Virus record (IMG/VR): IMGVR_UViG_3300030090_007212
Location: 1-64,000 of that record
Length of the DNA: 64,000 bases
Strand: one strand, 5' to 3'
Source of the DNA: a virus
The notes below the pieces were generated by a model that made no database searches, had not been told where the DNA came from, and was given only the letters and a program-made list of their open reading frames with translations. Shown here piece by piece: positions 26,116 through 36,184 of the stretch (its first letter is position 1; every line of letters starts with the position of its first letter). Position numbers and translations under genes: made by a program.

Positions 26116-26964
26116 TTAATCACCTAATAAATCTTTTCCTTTTACATTTTCCATTAAAGTAGAAAATACTTTTTCTTCTGTACCATAATCGTTAGTTTTA
26201 CCCATTTGATCCGAATACTTGTAATTGAATAATTTCTTCATTTTTTCTACATTCTCTTTAATAAACCCTTCATTCTTATAATTAAGAATTGTTGCTTCAT
26301 TTAAGTTTTCATCCCATCTAACTTTATAAGTTTGGTTACCGTCTGCCATTAGGAATATATTTTGATCTACTTTATAATTCTCAGGAATTAATTCTTTCAT
26401 CTGTTCATCAGATGTAAATTCATTTTTAAAATTTAATCTTTTCATTTTATTAGGTTTTGATTCATTCGTTACTCTCAAACGAGGAGTTTGATGTTGTGGA
26501 TTTTTACCATCATATTTAATTTTTTTGTATTCATCAGCGGCTTTAGTAAGTTTCTCATAAGTTTCATCTTCTTCATCAGTTTCACCAAATCCATCTTTAG
26601 TACCAAAATTCTTATCGTATTCTTTAGTGTCATTTAACTCATCTACTCTATCTTCAAATTTCTCATATACTTCACTACCTTCATCATCATATTTCAATGC
26701 TGACATTTTTCCAGCACCTAATCCTTCTATTTCGTATACATCTACATCGGCAGAATCTTCTTCTCTATCCACTTTAAGAACTGGATCCAATTCTTTTAAC
26801 TCATCACCATAGTAATCTTCTAATTTAGTTGCTATAGCTTTTAGTGCGTCTTTATTAATTGCACCATCTTCATCATGAACTTTCTCATATTCTTTTAGTC
26901 CAGGTGGGACAGTTTCTTCTTTAATAGTCACCTTAGTATTTTTCGTTAAAAATTTATCTTCCAT
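26116..26964 (-). CDS. acidic hypothetical protein (possible internal head/scaffold protein)
   Basis: 282 aa, D/E-rich, late-type motif upstream. Confidence 0.6.
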   Translation of the reverse strand: MEDKFLTKNTKVTIKEETVPPGLKEYEKVHDEDGAINKDALKAIATKLEDYYGDELKELDPVLKVDREEDSADVDVYEIEGLGAGKMSALKYDDEGSEVYEKFEDRVDELNDTKEYDKNFGTKDGFGETDEEDETYEKLTKAADEYKKIKYDGKNPQHQTPRLRVTNESKPNKMKRLNFKNEFTSDEQMKELIPENYKVDQNIFLMADGNQTYKVRWDENLNEATILNYKNEGFIKENVEKMKKLFNYKYSDQMGKTNDYGTEEKVFSTLMENVKGKDLLGD

Positions 26965-27005
26965 TTTAATGTTTATTAATAAATATCTTATAATTGATTA
27001 ATGTT

Positions 27006-28202
27006 CTATTTTTTAATCTTTAAATGTCTTTTTTTCACTATTTTGTTCTCTGCAAAGACATTATCTATCTTCATATCAGAAGTATCACTCAATGTGATAG
27101 GAGGACCTCCAGGACCACCCCATCCTTGATTACAATAAGGGTGTTTAGAACATTTTTTCTTAATATTAACAAATTTACCACCTGGATATGTTAATTTATG
27201 GGCCCCTCTCCAGTTCTTTTTATTTTTAGCCCACATTACTGGTGGAACATATGACCCTACCGCACCGGCATAATCAACTGCTTCTTCAATTTCTTCATCT
27301 TCTTCTAAAACATCTAAAGAATACATCTTACCAATAGGTTTATCCATCTTAGTAGTTGCCACACCATTTACGGATACTGGTATATCAGTTTTAATGTTTC
27401 TAGTTACAATGTCTTTAGTTAATGGCCCAATATATACACCTGACGAAGCTGTACCAGTGGCTTCTTCTATTTCTTCTTCATCAAATAAAGATGCCCATTC
27501 TTCATCTTCTTTTTCCCTTCTCCTCATCTCATCTTCTCTTCTTCTTTCAATTTCTCGAAAAATCTCATCTTTACTATATTTTCTACTATTCCTTTTCTTT
27601 AATTGATCTTTTAAAGATTGAGTAATATCGTTCATATCTAAATTTTCATGGTATATCTCCATATCTGCTAATAACAATTGTTCTTTTCCCTCTTTACTCT
27701 TTTCGTAAATATCTTTCTCAACTCGTATTGTTTTTTTATCCCCTTCCTTGTTTTCAACAGCAATTATACAATAATCAGGATTAGTATAATAATCAGAAAT
27801 TTCTTTTACATTAGCAGTTGCCAATTCTTTAGCTTCATCATTACTCAAATGGTTACTTTCTATTTGTGTCCCAATATTAATTTCTTTTATGATATCTTCA
27901 TTAGATTCATCAAATGTTAATTTTTGTAACTCTGGTTGTCCACTCATTGCTGCAGCCTTTCTAAATTCTTTACCAATATTAGATGTTTCCTCATTAACTT
28001 CTTCTCCTAAACATTTTATTCTCATTAAACCAATAAGTTCTTTTAAAATATGAATAGAATGATCATCTATCTTATCTCCATATTTAGATAGGAAAATATT
28101 AAACATTTTAACCGCAACTCTTAATTGCTTTTCATTTTCACAAGATTTAATTACTTTTTTAACCTTGTCATATTTTTGATATACTTCTCCTGTTTCCATC
28201 AT
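27006..28202 (-). CDS. hypothetical protein (possible internal head protein)
   Basis: 398 aa, EEIEEA occurs twice. Confidence 0.6.
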   Translation of the reverse strand: MMETGEVYQKYDKVKKVIKSCENEKQLRVAVKMFNIFLSKYGDKIDDHSIHILKELIGLMRIKCLGEEVNEETSNIGKEFRKAAAMSGQPELQKLTFDESNEDIIKEINIGTQIESNHLSNDEAKELATANVKEISDYYTNPDYCIIAVENKEGDKKTIRVEKDIYEKSKEGKEQLLLADMEIYHENLDMNDITQSLKDQLKKRNSRKYSKDEIFREIERRREDEMRRREKEDEEWASLFDEEEIEEATGTASSGVYIGPLTKDIVTRNIKTDIPVSVNGVATTKMDKPIGKMYSLDVLEEDEEIEEAVDYAGAVGSYVPPVMWAKNKKNWRGAHKLTYPGGKFVNIKKKCSKHPYCNQGWGGPGGPPITLSDTSDMKIDNVFAENKIVKKRHLKIKK

Positions 28203-28459
28203 TTAATTGCATTTTTCCAAAACATCCTTCTCATCCATAATTCTCTATATAATTGTTCTAAAACATCTTTACTAATTTTTACCACTTCTTTTTCGAATTT
28301 AGTACCTTTAAGTTGTTTATCCACAATAGCGGTAACTTTTTTTTCCAAATCCTTACCAAAGGCATCTTTAATTTCCTTCCTAATCATCACACCGATTTTA
28401 TTCTCATCAGTTTTGGTTAGTGCTTCTTTAATTATATGGCGTAAATTCATATCTTCCAT
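28199..28459 (-). CDS. hypothetical protein
   Basis: 86 aa, overlaps the next start. Confidence 0.6.
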   Translation of the reverse strand: MEDMNLRHIIKEALTKTDENKIGVMIRKEIKDAFGKDLEKKVTAIVDKQLKGTKFEKEVVKISKDVLEQLYRELWMRRMFWKNAIK

Positions 28460-28502
28460 AAGAGAATGTTTATTAATAAATATTAAAATAATGTAAAAAA
28501 AA

Positions 28503-28961
28503 CTACTTTAAAATTAATAAAGTAATGATAGGTAAAATTATAGAACCAGTAAAACCAAAAAACTTTAATACTTTCTGTTTTCTAATTTCTTTTTTCATAT
28601 TTTTTATAGTATCTTCTTTAAGTTCTATTTCTGTATTTTTATTATCCAATATAGATTGAAAATTAGATACTTGCAATTCCAAATTTTGAGATTTTTTAGT
28701 TAACTTTACTATAACATCTTTTTGTAAAGTGATGGTTTGAGTATTTAAAGAATCTTTTTCTTTATAAATTGTAAGCAAGCTATCAACTACCTCATATTCC
28801 ATAAGGTCACTTAAAATTATTTTGGCGTCTTCAAGATTCATTATTACTAATGTATCTCCGTTCTCATTGACTGTTGTTTTTACCTCTCCTTTTGAGATAG
28901 TCTGAGATTGACTCGGTAACGCCATCACTATCAAGATTATCAACGATATCAGGTATTTCAT
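28503..28961 (-). CDS. exported coiled-coil protein with C-terminal TM (spanin-like candidate)
   Basis: Signal peptide, coiled coil and hydrophobic C-terminus. Confidence 0.55.
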   Translation of the reverse strand: MKYLISLIILIVMALPSQSQTISKGEVKTTVNENGDTLVIMNLEDAKIILSDLMEYEVVDSLLTIYKEKDSLNTQTITLQKDVIVKLTKKSQNLELQVSNFQSILDNKNTEIELKEDTIKNMKKEIRKQKVLKFFGFTGSIILPIITLLILK

Positions 28962-29247
28962 CTCTTTTTCTTTCTAATTCTTTTAATTTTATTTCTGTAT
29001 TCCGTAATAAAGCTTCCGTACTATCAATAGTAAAAAGTATTTGTTGTATTTCCTCTTCTAATTTCTTATTTAATGCAACTATACTATCATTAGAAATTAA
29101 TAATTCTTTATTTTTCTTTTTTAGAATATTAATTTCATTTTCATATTCCTCAATCGGAACGGATGGTCTAAACAATAAACTTAATACTAATGCACCCCCT
29201 AGTATTAATATAAAAATAGTTTTTAAATCAATATTAATATTAAGCAT
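28864..29247 (-). CDS. N-terminal TM + coiled-coil protein (i-spanin-like candidate)
   Basis: One TM then heptad repeats; overlaps the downstream gene by ~98 nt. Confidence 0.5.
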   Translation of the reverse strand: MLNINIDLKTIFILILGGALVLSLLFRPSVPIEEYENEINILKKKNKELLISNDSIVALNKKLEEEIQQILFTIDSTEALLRNTEIKLKELERKRDEIPDIVDNLDSDGVTESISDYLKRRGKNNSQ

Positions 29248-29773
29248 CTTGAAATGGTGTTTGGGGCATAGTTTCACCTCCACCTTCTTCACCAAATGCT
29301 GGGTCTTCTAATGCTTGTGGACCTTCTTCCGCATTTTCTTCGTCTACCAATTCATTTTGGTATTCCTCCGCAATTCTATTCGCCCACTCATCTGACCATG
29401 TTTCATAATACCCTACTAATTTTTTAATCTGATTTAAAGTATCATCTCTTAATTGTAATAAATCAGTAGAAATATAAACTCCTCTACTATCATCTAAAGA
29501 ATAATACCATTCTATCCCATTATCAGTAAACTCCCCACTAAATTCTACATTTTGTGCTTTAGGATACAATTTAAATTTATTAAATTTAACTCTAGGAGTA
29601 ACAGTATCACGAAACTTCTTTTCCTCTTCAGCTACTTCAGTAGGATCCAATTCTTGTTCAGTAGACGCATTTTGATCTTGTTCAGTTAAAACTTTCCTAT
29701 TATTATTTGTGTGTTTTCTATTACTTTCACGTATTAGATCTAACATCTTTCTCGTTTCATCGTGCTGATTCAT
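29240..29773 (-). CDS. hypothetical protein
   Basis: 177 aa with acidic tail. Confidence 0.6.
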   Translation of the reverse strand: MNQHDETRKMLDLIRESNRKHTNNNRKVLTEQDQNASTEQELDPTEVAEEEKKFRDTVTPRVKFNKFKLYPKAQNVEFSGEFTDNGIEWYYSLDDSRGVYISTDLLQLRDDTLNQIKKLVGYYETWSDEWANRIAEEYQNELVDEENAEEGPQALEDPAFGEEGGGETMPQTPFQDA

Positions 29774-30389
29774 AATTCTTTATTTTTTCTATTCTTTTTT
29801 TAAACTTCTTAAAATCCCACGCTGGACTTAAATCCGTTTTTTCTTTATAATAATTACTTCTATAGGTAATACCTTCAAATACTTCGATACCACTTACATA
29901 AGTATTATGTCCAACACAATGGTTGGGTATTTCATAATTTTCACATAAATAATTAATCAATTCAGCAGTGGCTTTAATTTGGGAAGCTGTATAAGGATCC
30001 CAATATAAAAATCCTCTCCATCGTTTTTCAATTACTTTTGCTTTTCTTTTATAAATATTACCAACCCAATCAATATACCTATCTTTTATTAAATCTTTTA
30101 ATAACCATCCTTGATTTTCAACAGTTATAGAAATTATTTTTTTATCAATACGTTTTTCATCAATAAAATCTGAATAATATTTAGGATCATAATGTTGGTA
30201 AATATTTCCTTTTCTATCTATAGTAAAAGTAGATGTCTTAGTATAATTACCCCCTAACCTATATTCCCAACCTTTAACATGGTGTAAATTGTTACTAAAA
30301 GAATTACCTAATACTATTTGATGTTTAGGGAATTCTTTTTTATGGTAGTTAGAATTTTTTAATTTATATTTCTTCTTATCTATAATCAT
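29757..30389 (-). CDS. Amidase_2/PGRP-fold protein, apparently degenerate
   Basis: FTIDRKGNIYQ, ISITVEN, YTASQIKATAELINYLC, KTDLSP; the first Zn-ligand His is absent. Confidence 0.65.
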   Translation of the reverse strand: MIIDKKKYKLKNSNYHKKEFPKHQIVLGNSFSNNLHHVKGWEYRLGGNYTKTSTFTIDRKGNIYQHYDPKYYSDFIDEKRIDKKIISITVENQGWLLKDLIKDRYIDWVGNIYKRKAKVIEKRWRGFLYWDPYTASQIKATAELINYLCENYEIPNHCVGHNTYVSGIEVFEGITYRSNYYKEKTDLSPAWDFKKFKKRIEKIKNYESAR

Positions 30390-31327
30390 TAATCAATTCT
30401 TTCTATATTAGTTTTTCCTCCACTTTTAGGTGAAATTATAGGAGTTTCTTTAGGTTGTTTTTTTTCTTTTATTTTTGCCTCCATAAAATCTAACATTGCT
30501 GTAGGATTATCTGATTTTTTTAATTGATCTATAAGAAATTTACGCTTTTCTTCGATGGTACTCTCAGGAGTTTCCGTTATAGTTTCTATTTCTTCCACCT
30601 GCTTTATAGACTCTTCTAAATGTTCTTTATTCTTTTCGGATTTTAAAAGATATTCTGTTTCATCTTCCTCATCTTCAATGTTACTATCACCTTCGTCTAC
30701 ATCAGGTTCTTCTTCCGTAGGTTTTTCTACTGGTTGTGTTGGTTCCGGATATAATTCCTCTTCCGATTTAACCGACTCGGATTTTTTTTTATTTTCTTCT
30801 ACTTTTTCTACTATTAATTGATTGCGTTTTTCAAAATAATCTTCTACTTTTTCTTTTTCGTCTGGCTTTAATTTATAATTAACAAAGAAATGTAAAGAAG
30901 TTAAAGAGATAATTGGTAATAAGCCACCTTCCAATAATGCCAACCATCTTTTAAGTCCTACCGTGTCATTAACATCTGTACCCATTATTTCCCATATTGG
31001 TAATGTTAATTCCACCCAAGATTTAAAAAGTTCTCCATCAGAATCTATTTCTTTAAAACAGAAAAATATATTACCTATTATTTGAATGAATGTAACAATA
31101 CCAAACATAAACCATACTCCGGCTTTAGATTGGTTATTTACTGCTACCAGTGCCGTCATAGCGGCTATCTCAATGGCGATAGACAAATACATCGCCCACA
31201 TCATAGGATTTGCCATATCATACCACGTTACTACGTGAGATATAGAAATGATTGCAACCAACACTATAGGTACCAGAAACATTGACCTATGAGGGTTGTG
31301 TTTAATCCAACTAAGTACTTTTTTCAT
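30389..31327 (-). CDS. multi-pass membrane protein with acidic tail
   Basis: About four N-terminal TM segments. Confidence 0.65.
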   Translation of the reverse strand: MKKVLSWIKHNPHRSMFLVPIVLVAIISISHVVTWYDMANPMMWAMYLSIAIEIAAMTALVAVNNQSKAGVWFMFGIVTFIQIIGNIFFCFKEIDSDGELFKSWVELTLPIWEIMGTDVNDTVGLKRWLALLEGGLLPIISLTSLHFFVNYKLKPDEKEKVEDYFEKRNQLIVEKVEENKKKSESVKSEEELYPEPTQPVEKPTEEEPDVDEGDSNIEDEEDETEYLLKSEKNKEHLEESIKQVEEIETITETPESTIEEKRKFLIDQLKKSDNPTAMLDFMEAKIKEKKQPKETPIISPKSGGKTNIERID

Positions 31328-31635
31328 TAATCTTCTTTTTCGTATTCGTTCTTTAACTGATTGATGGGGACTCTATTTTTATCTGATAATTCCTCTAATT
31401 CTAAAGATTTCCAAAAAGGAGTTTCTTTTACTATATCAATCATTTCATTAGTAGTAATAGTTTTACCATTTATTTTTTCTACCACACTATCTAACTCAAT
31501 AAGTTTATTATCTATTCGTTTTTCGGTTTTTTCTATATTAGTATTCGTAGTACATGTTTTAAAAAAAATAACAATAACTAAAAAGAAAACTAAAATATTA
31601 CCTTTTGTGTTTATAAAATTCAATATGTTTTTCAT
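31327..31635 (-). CDS. hypothetical membrane-anchored protein
   Basis: N-terminal hydrophobic segment ending FFKTC. Confidence 0.6.
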   Translation of the reverse strand: MKNILNFINTKGNILVFFLVIVIFFKTCTTNTNIEKTEKRIDNKLIELDSVVEKINGKTITTNEMIDIVKETPFWKSLELEELSDKNRVPINQLKNEYEKED

Positions 31636-31697
31636 AATACTCTTTTTTAATAAATATTCTTTTACAATAAATAATGATAAAATATAAAAAAGTGTAT

Positions 31698-31724
31698 AAA
31701 AAAAGGGGGTAAATACCCCCTTTT
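31698..31724 (-). terminator. intrinsic terminator after the sigma gene
   Basis: AAAAGGGGGT/ACCCCCTTTT hairpin with U tract. Confidence 0.8.
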
Positions 31725-31744
31725 CTCTATAAAGTTAATTTTTT

Positions 31745-32545
31745 TTACTCAAAGTAGTTAAATAAATCCCCTACATTATTTCGTATTTTTCTAATTGCAG
31801 CTTCTTTAATTTGACGTATTCTCTCTTTAGTTAAATCAAATTCCTCACCTATTGCCTCCAAAGTCATAGGTTCACCATATATACCAAAATAACAATTAAC
31901 TATCTCTTTTTCTCTATAAGATAATTTAGACATAACCATTTCTAATTGATATTTTAAAGTGTCTTCTTTTTCATTCATCTTATCAGGACTATCAAAAATA
32001 TCATCTTTAAGTAAAGAGCTTAACTCATCACCTTCTTCATTGATGGGCGCACTTAAAGATGAACAAGAAGGAACATGAATATATTCTATCTCATTACAAC
32101 TAGGTTTACGTTGGTTTTCCATTTCAAACCTTTCTATTTCCTTTTTAATTTTAGAAAGTTTATTAATCATATTTGCTGGTAATCTAACAGTCCGAGAATT
32201 ATCATTCAAAGATTGTAAAATAGCTTGTTTAACCCACCATACTGCATATGAAATAAATCTATATCCTTTAGTATGATCAAACCTTTTGGCTGCAGTAATT
32301 AGTCCGTAATTACCTTCTGAAATTAAATCGGCTAAAGGTACTCCTTGATTTTGATATTCCTTTGCCACTGCAATAACAAATCTAAGATTAGCATTAACTA
32401 ATTCTTCTATAGCAGTATCGTCACCTGCCGCAATACGTTTAGCCAATTCTAATTCAAATTGAGGGGTTATTACATCGTGTTTACGTACGTCTTTTAAATA
32501 CATAGACATACAATCTTCTTTAGTGTTAATAAATCTTTTATTCAT
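31745..32545 (-). CDS. RNA polymerase sigma-70 factor (RpoD/SigA-like, no region 1.1)
   Basis: ANLRFVIAVAK, DLISEGNYGL, RFISYAVWW, TLEAIGEEFDLTKERIRQI. Confidence 0.93.
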   Translation of the reverse strand: MNKRFINTKEDCMSMYLKDVRKHDVITPQFELELAKRIAAGDDTAIEELVNANLRFVIAVAKEYQNQGVPLADLISEGNYGLITAAKRFDHTKGYRFISYAVWWVKQAILQSLNDNSRTVRLPANMINKLSKIKKEIERFEMENQRKPSCNEIEYIHVPSCSSLSAPINEEGDELSSLLKDDIFDSPDKMNEKEDTLKYQLEMVMSKLSYREKEIVNCYFGIYGEPMTLEAIGEEFDLTKERIRQIKEAAIRKIRNNVGDLFNYFE

Positions 32546-32553
32546 ATATTACA

Positions 32554-33066
32554 TTATTTATCGTTGGAATAGTTATTTAATATTTCTTTTTCTTTATTAG
32601 TTAAATTTTTAATACCTACTTTACTTATTTTATCTAATATATCATCCACAGTAGGTGTGTCTTCTTGATCCACTTTAAATTTAAAAGGTAAACTACCTTC
32701 TTCTTCCATTTCTTCTTTTATCGTTTTAATAAATTCCTTTATACCTTCTGAAATATGTTGGAAAGAATTATCCCCATAATGATCTATTTTACCTCCAAAT
32801 AAGGCTTGTTGAAATTCTTCGTTATTTAGATTAGCAGAAAATGTAGCAGGTAACATTTCAAAAATTATGTAATCCCTTTCATGCATATTAAGAAATTCTT
32901 CTATTTCACTTAATACTAAAGCTGATCTAAAAGTAGTAATTATAACATCATTACCACTAACAAAATTTGCGGTAGGTTCCGAAATAAATGAAAGATCTTT
33001 TTTTAATTCTTCTATGTCACCAAATCCTGTGAGACAATACGACCTTAAAAACATTTTATTTTCCAT
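32554..33066 (-). CDS. hypothetical protein with DUF6576-like C-terminus
   Basis: VDDILDKISKVGIKNLTNKEKEIL. Confidence 0.6.
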   Translation of the reverse strand: MENKMFLRSYCLTGFGDIEELKKDLSFISEPTANFVSGNDVIITTFRSALVLSEIEEFLNMHERDYIIFEMLPATFSANLNNEEFQQALFGGKIDHYGDNSFQHISEGIKEFIKTIKEEMEEEGSLPFKFKVDQEDTPTVDDILDKISKVGIKNLTNKEKEILNNYSNDK

Positions 33067-33139
33067 CTCAGTGAGTTTGTTTTAAATAAATACTTACAAA
33101 ATGGGTACCATTACCCATATAATACAAATATACAAAAAA

Positions 33140-35521
33140 TTATTTGATTTGCAATGTCGAAATGTCATTATTTTTTTCTATTGTGATAATTTTGTCAGCC
33201 CAATCTTGTGTTATAGGGTTGTGTGTTATCAATAAAATTATTTCGTACATCTTTTTTATTTTATCAAAAAATATTTTTACATAATCTAAGTTGATATTAG
33301 CAACTTTACCTAATACCTCATCAAAGACGATAATATTTGGTTTTGGTAACGTGGAAATTCTACCTAATACACATCTTAATGCTAAAGATGCTAATGTAGT
33401 CTCTAATCCAGAACCAGATTTTAATTTTTTAGTAACATTCTTTTTGATGATATTAAAGTCTACTTCATTCTTATCATTCATTTCCAATTCAATATCAAAA
33501 TCACATACTTCGTCTAATAAACGATTAAGTTCATAATTAATTATAGGTATAACTGAAGATAATACTAATTTAGAAATACCATTTTTACCAATCATTCTAT
33601 TATAGATCTCAAATATTTTAAGAACTTCTTCTTCTTTTAATATTTGCTCTATTATTTTTTGGTTTTCAATATTCTGGGTTTTTTTAGTTTTACTATCATT
33701 CTTAAAGTCTTGTATTTCAGTACGTAGATTATCTCTTTTATTATTTAATTTATCTAATAATTGATTATAACCCAATATTTTACTTTCAACATCCCTATTC
33801 TTCTCTATATATTCTATATTTCTTTGATAATTTTTTAATAAATTCATTTTTTCCTTAACATCCACTCTCAATCCTTCTATTTCTACTTCTGTTCTATCGC
33901 GAGTGAGTTCTAATTTATCCCTTAAATCAGATTTAGATTTTAAATCACTTTGTTTTTCTAATGACTTATTAATTTTTTCTAATGCTTTTAGTAATTTTTT
34001 TAGATTACTATTATATTCCTTTAATTTTCTTTTTTCTTCTTTTATTTCTTTAGTGTGATCAACATCCTCCAATGCTCTTTTACAAGTAGGACATATTTCT
34101 CCTTCCTCTAAATTCTTAATTAAATCTTCAATCCTCTCTATAGAATCCTCTTCTTTCCCTTTTTTAAGTAAAATATCTCTTTCTTCTCCCCTTATTTCTT
34201 CATGAATATCTTCATCATACTCTACTTTAACTAATTTTTTAATACCATCATTAACATCAGTTAACTCTTCCTTTATTTTAACCCCTTTTTCGGTTAAAAT
34301 ATCAATCTCATCTTGTAAAGTTTTAGGGTTAACATTTTTTATTTCATCATCAATAATATATTTTTCTGATAATAATACTTCTTTTTTCCGTTTAGCTTCT
34401 TCTATTTCTCCATCAACCCCCTTTAATTTTTTATTACTTTCTTTAATGGATAATTTATTCTCTTCTATTTTTGTAAGATTTTCCTCTATATCCAATTCTA
34501 ACTGTTTAGTATTAAAAATGTTTGATTTCATCTTACTTTTAAAATTAGACATCATTCCTTTATTGATATCTTCTTTCTTTTCAATTACTTCTAATCCAAT
34601 AAATTTAGTTAGTAATCTTCCTCTTTGGGTGGGTTTAGTTTCTAATAAATCTTCTAAATTTTTAGCAGTAGATACAATAGTTAACATAAAATCATCAAAG
34701 GTACCAATAGTATCGGAAATCAATTTATCAGTTTCTCTTCGTTGTTCACCTTCTAAATTTTCTTTACTTCCATCTACTAATAATCTATAAAAATTTAATT
34801 CTGAAGAAGTTTTATAATTACCTGTCTTTGTTTTTTTCCTAAATAATTTCCTTTCAATAATATATTCATCACCATCAATATTAATTTGACCACCAACCTC
34901 TACTTCATCTTTATCAGTAAATGTATTAAAGATTTCTCCTGCAGTATCCGTTTTAGTAGTTTTACCAAAAAATAAAAATAATAAAGAATCAATACTAAAA
35001 ATAGTTTTACCTCCTTGATTGGCAGGTAAAGAATTAACAACAGTTAACCCTTTCAAACTATCATATTGTATGGTATTATCTCCACCAAAAGATAAGAAAT
35101 TATCAATCCAAAGTTTACTAATAGACCATCTTCTATATCTAATATCTTCTTCACCTAAATTTACTAAAACATCATTAACTTTATCATCTAATCTACATAA
35201 TCTATCAAAATCCACATCTATACCATTCAGTTCAACCCATTGTGAAAACAATCTTCTTTGGTAGGCGGTATCCATAATATTATCTATCAATCCTTCAGTG
35301 ATATCTACTACTTTACCAGCACTATTTTTAAGAATAGGTATAAAATTTATTTTAATAGATGTTTTAGGTAACTCATATTTTTGAGAGAAATAAGTTTTAA
35401 CTCTATTAATTGTTTCTAATGTTCTATTTTCAGGATAATCTTGCCAATCTACCCTTATAAACCCATTTTTAGGAACATTAATTAATTTTTTAGTTTTAAT
35501 TGTATCCATAACACTTTCCAT
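33140..35521 (-). CDS. sbcC: SbcC/Rad50 (T4 gp46-like) SMC ATPase
   Basis: NFLSF, Walker A NQGGKT, coiled coils with CPTC hook, Walker B IIVFDE, ITH. Confidence 0.9.
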   Translation of the reverse strand: MESVMDTIKTKKLINVPKNGFIRVDWQDYPENRTLETINRVKTYFSQKYELPKTSIKINFIPILKNSAGKVVDITEGLIDNIMDTAYQRRLFSQWVELNGIDVDFDRLCRLDDKVNDVLVNLGEEDIRYRRWSISKLWIDNFLSFGGDNTIQYDSLKGLTVVNSLPANQGGKTIFSIDSLLFLFFGKTTKTDTAGEIFNTFTDKDEVEVGGQINIDGDEYIIERKLFRKKTKTGNYKTSSELNFYRLLVDGSKENLEGEQRRETDKLISDTIGTFDDFMLTIVSTAKNLEDLLETKPTQRGRLLTKFIGLEVIEKKEDINKGMMSNFKSKMKSNIFNTKQLELDIEENLTKIEENKLSIKESNKKLKGVDGEIEEAKRKKEVLLSEKYIIDDEIKNVNPKTLQDEIDILTEKGVKIKEELTDVNDGIKKLVKVEYDEDIHEEIRGEERDILLKKGKEEDSIERIEDLIKNLEEGEICPTCKRALEDVDHTKEIKEEKRKLKEYNSNLKKLLKALEKINKSLEKQSDLKSKSDLRDKLELTRDRTEVEIEGLRVDVKEKMNLLKNYQRNIEYIEKNRDVESKILGYNQLLDKLNNKRDNLRTEIQDFKNDSKTKKTQNIENQKIIEQILKEEEVLKIFEIYNRMIGKNGISKLVLSSVIPIINYELNRLLDEVCDFDIELEMNDKNEVDFNIIKKNVTKKLKSGSGLETTLASLALRCVLGRISTLPKPNIIVFDEVLGKVANINLDYVKIFFDKIKKMYEIILLITHNPITQDWADKIITIEKNNDISTLQIK

Positions 35522-35527
35522 TTGTTA

Positions 35528-36184
35528 TTATTTTTTATCTTTTAAATTAGACCCCCAAAACCCTCCTTTTCCATCTTCGTCATAAATGTCTCTAATTGGT
35601 CTACCATCAGGGTGAGGTGCTTTATTTCTCAGTGACACTATTTCTTTTTCTAATTCTAGAATTTTATTATTTAATTCTTTTATCTTATTATCTTTTTTAT
35701 AATTCTTACCATTAGATTCTTTAACTTTTTCAATAGTCTTATCTTTTTCTTCCTTAACTATTCTAACATTTTCTTCTAATTTTCTTATAATAGAATCTTT
35801 ATTATTAATACTTTGGTTTTGAGTGGTTATATTTTCTTCTAATTTAATTATTTTTTCCCCTAATTCTTGAACTTGTGTATCATCGGTAATATAAGTTTCT
35901 TTTTCTACTATTATTTCTTTAATAACTTCTTTTTCTACTGGTATCTCCTTAATTACCTCTTTTATTATTTCGACAGGCACTTCCTTTTCTACAATAATTT
36001 CTTTTATCTTTTCTATAGGTACCTCCTTTTCCACTACTACTTCTTGAACAAAAGGTGCATTTCCATATTTAGTAATGTTAAAACCTTTTACTATTTGTTC
36101 CACAATAAAGGGATCAATATTTTCTATATTGTTGATTTCACAATACGCTTTTATTTCATCCCTTATTTTCTTTGGTACTCTCAT
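35528..36184 (-). CDS. hypothetical protein with (V/I)EKE(V/I)P low-complexity repeats and coiled coil
   Basis: VVEKEVPIEKIKEIIVEKEVPVEII... Confidence 0.6.
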   Translation of the reverse strand: MRVPKKIRDEIKAYCEINNIENIDPFIVEQIVKGFNITKYGNAPFVQEVVVEKEVPIEKIKEIIVEKEVPVEIIKEVIKEIPVEKEVIKEIIVEKETYITDDTQVQELGEKIIKLEENITTQNQSINNKDSIIRKLEENVRIVKEEKDKTIEKVKESNGKNYKKDNKIKELNNKILELEKEIVSLRNKAPHPDGRPIRDIYDEDGKGGFWGSNLKDKK

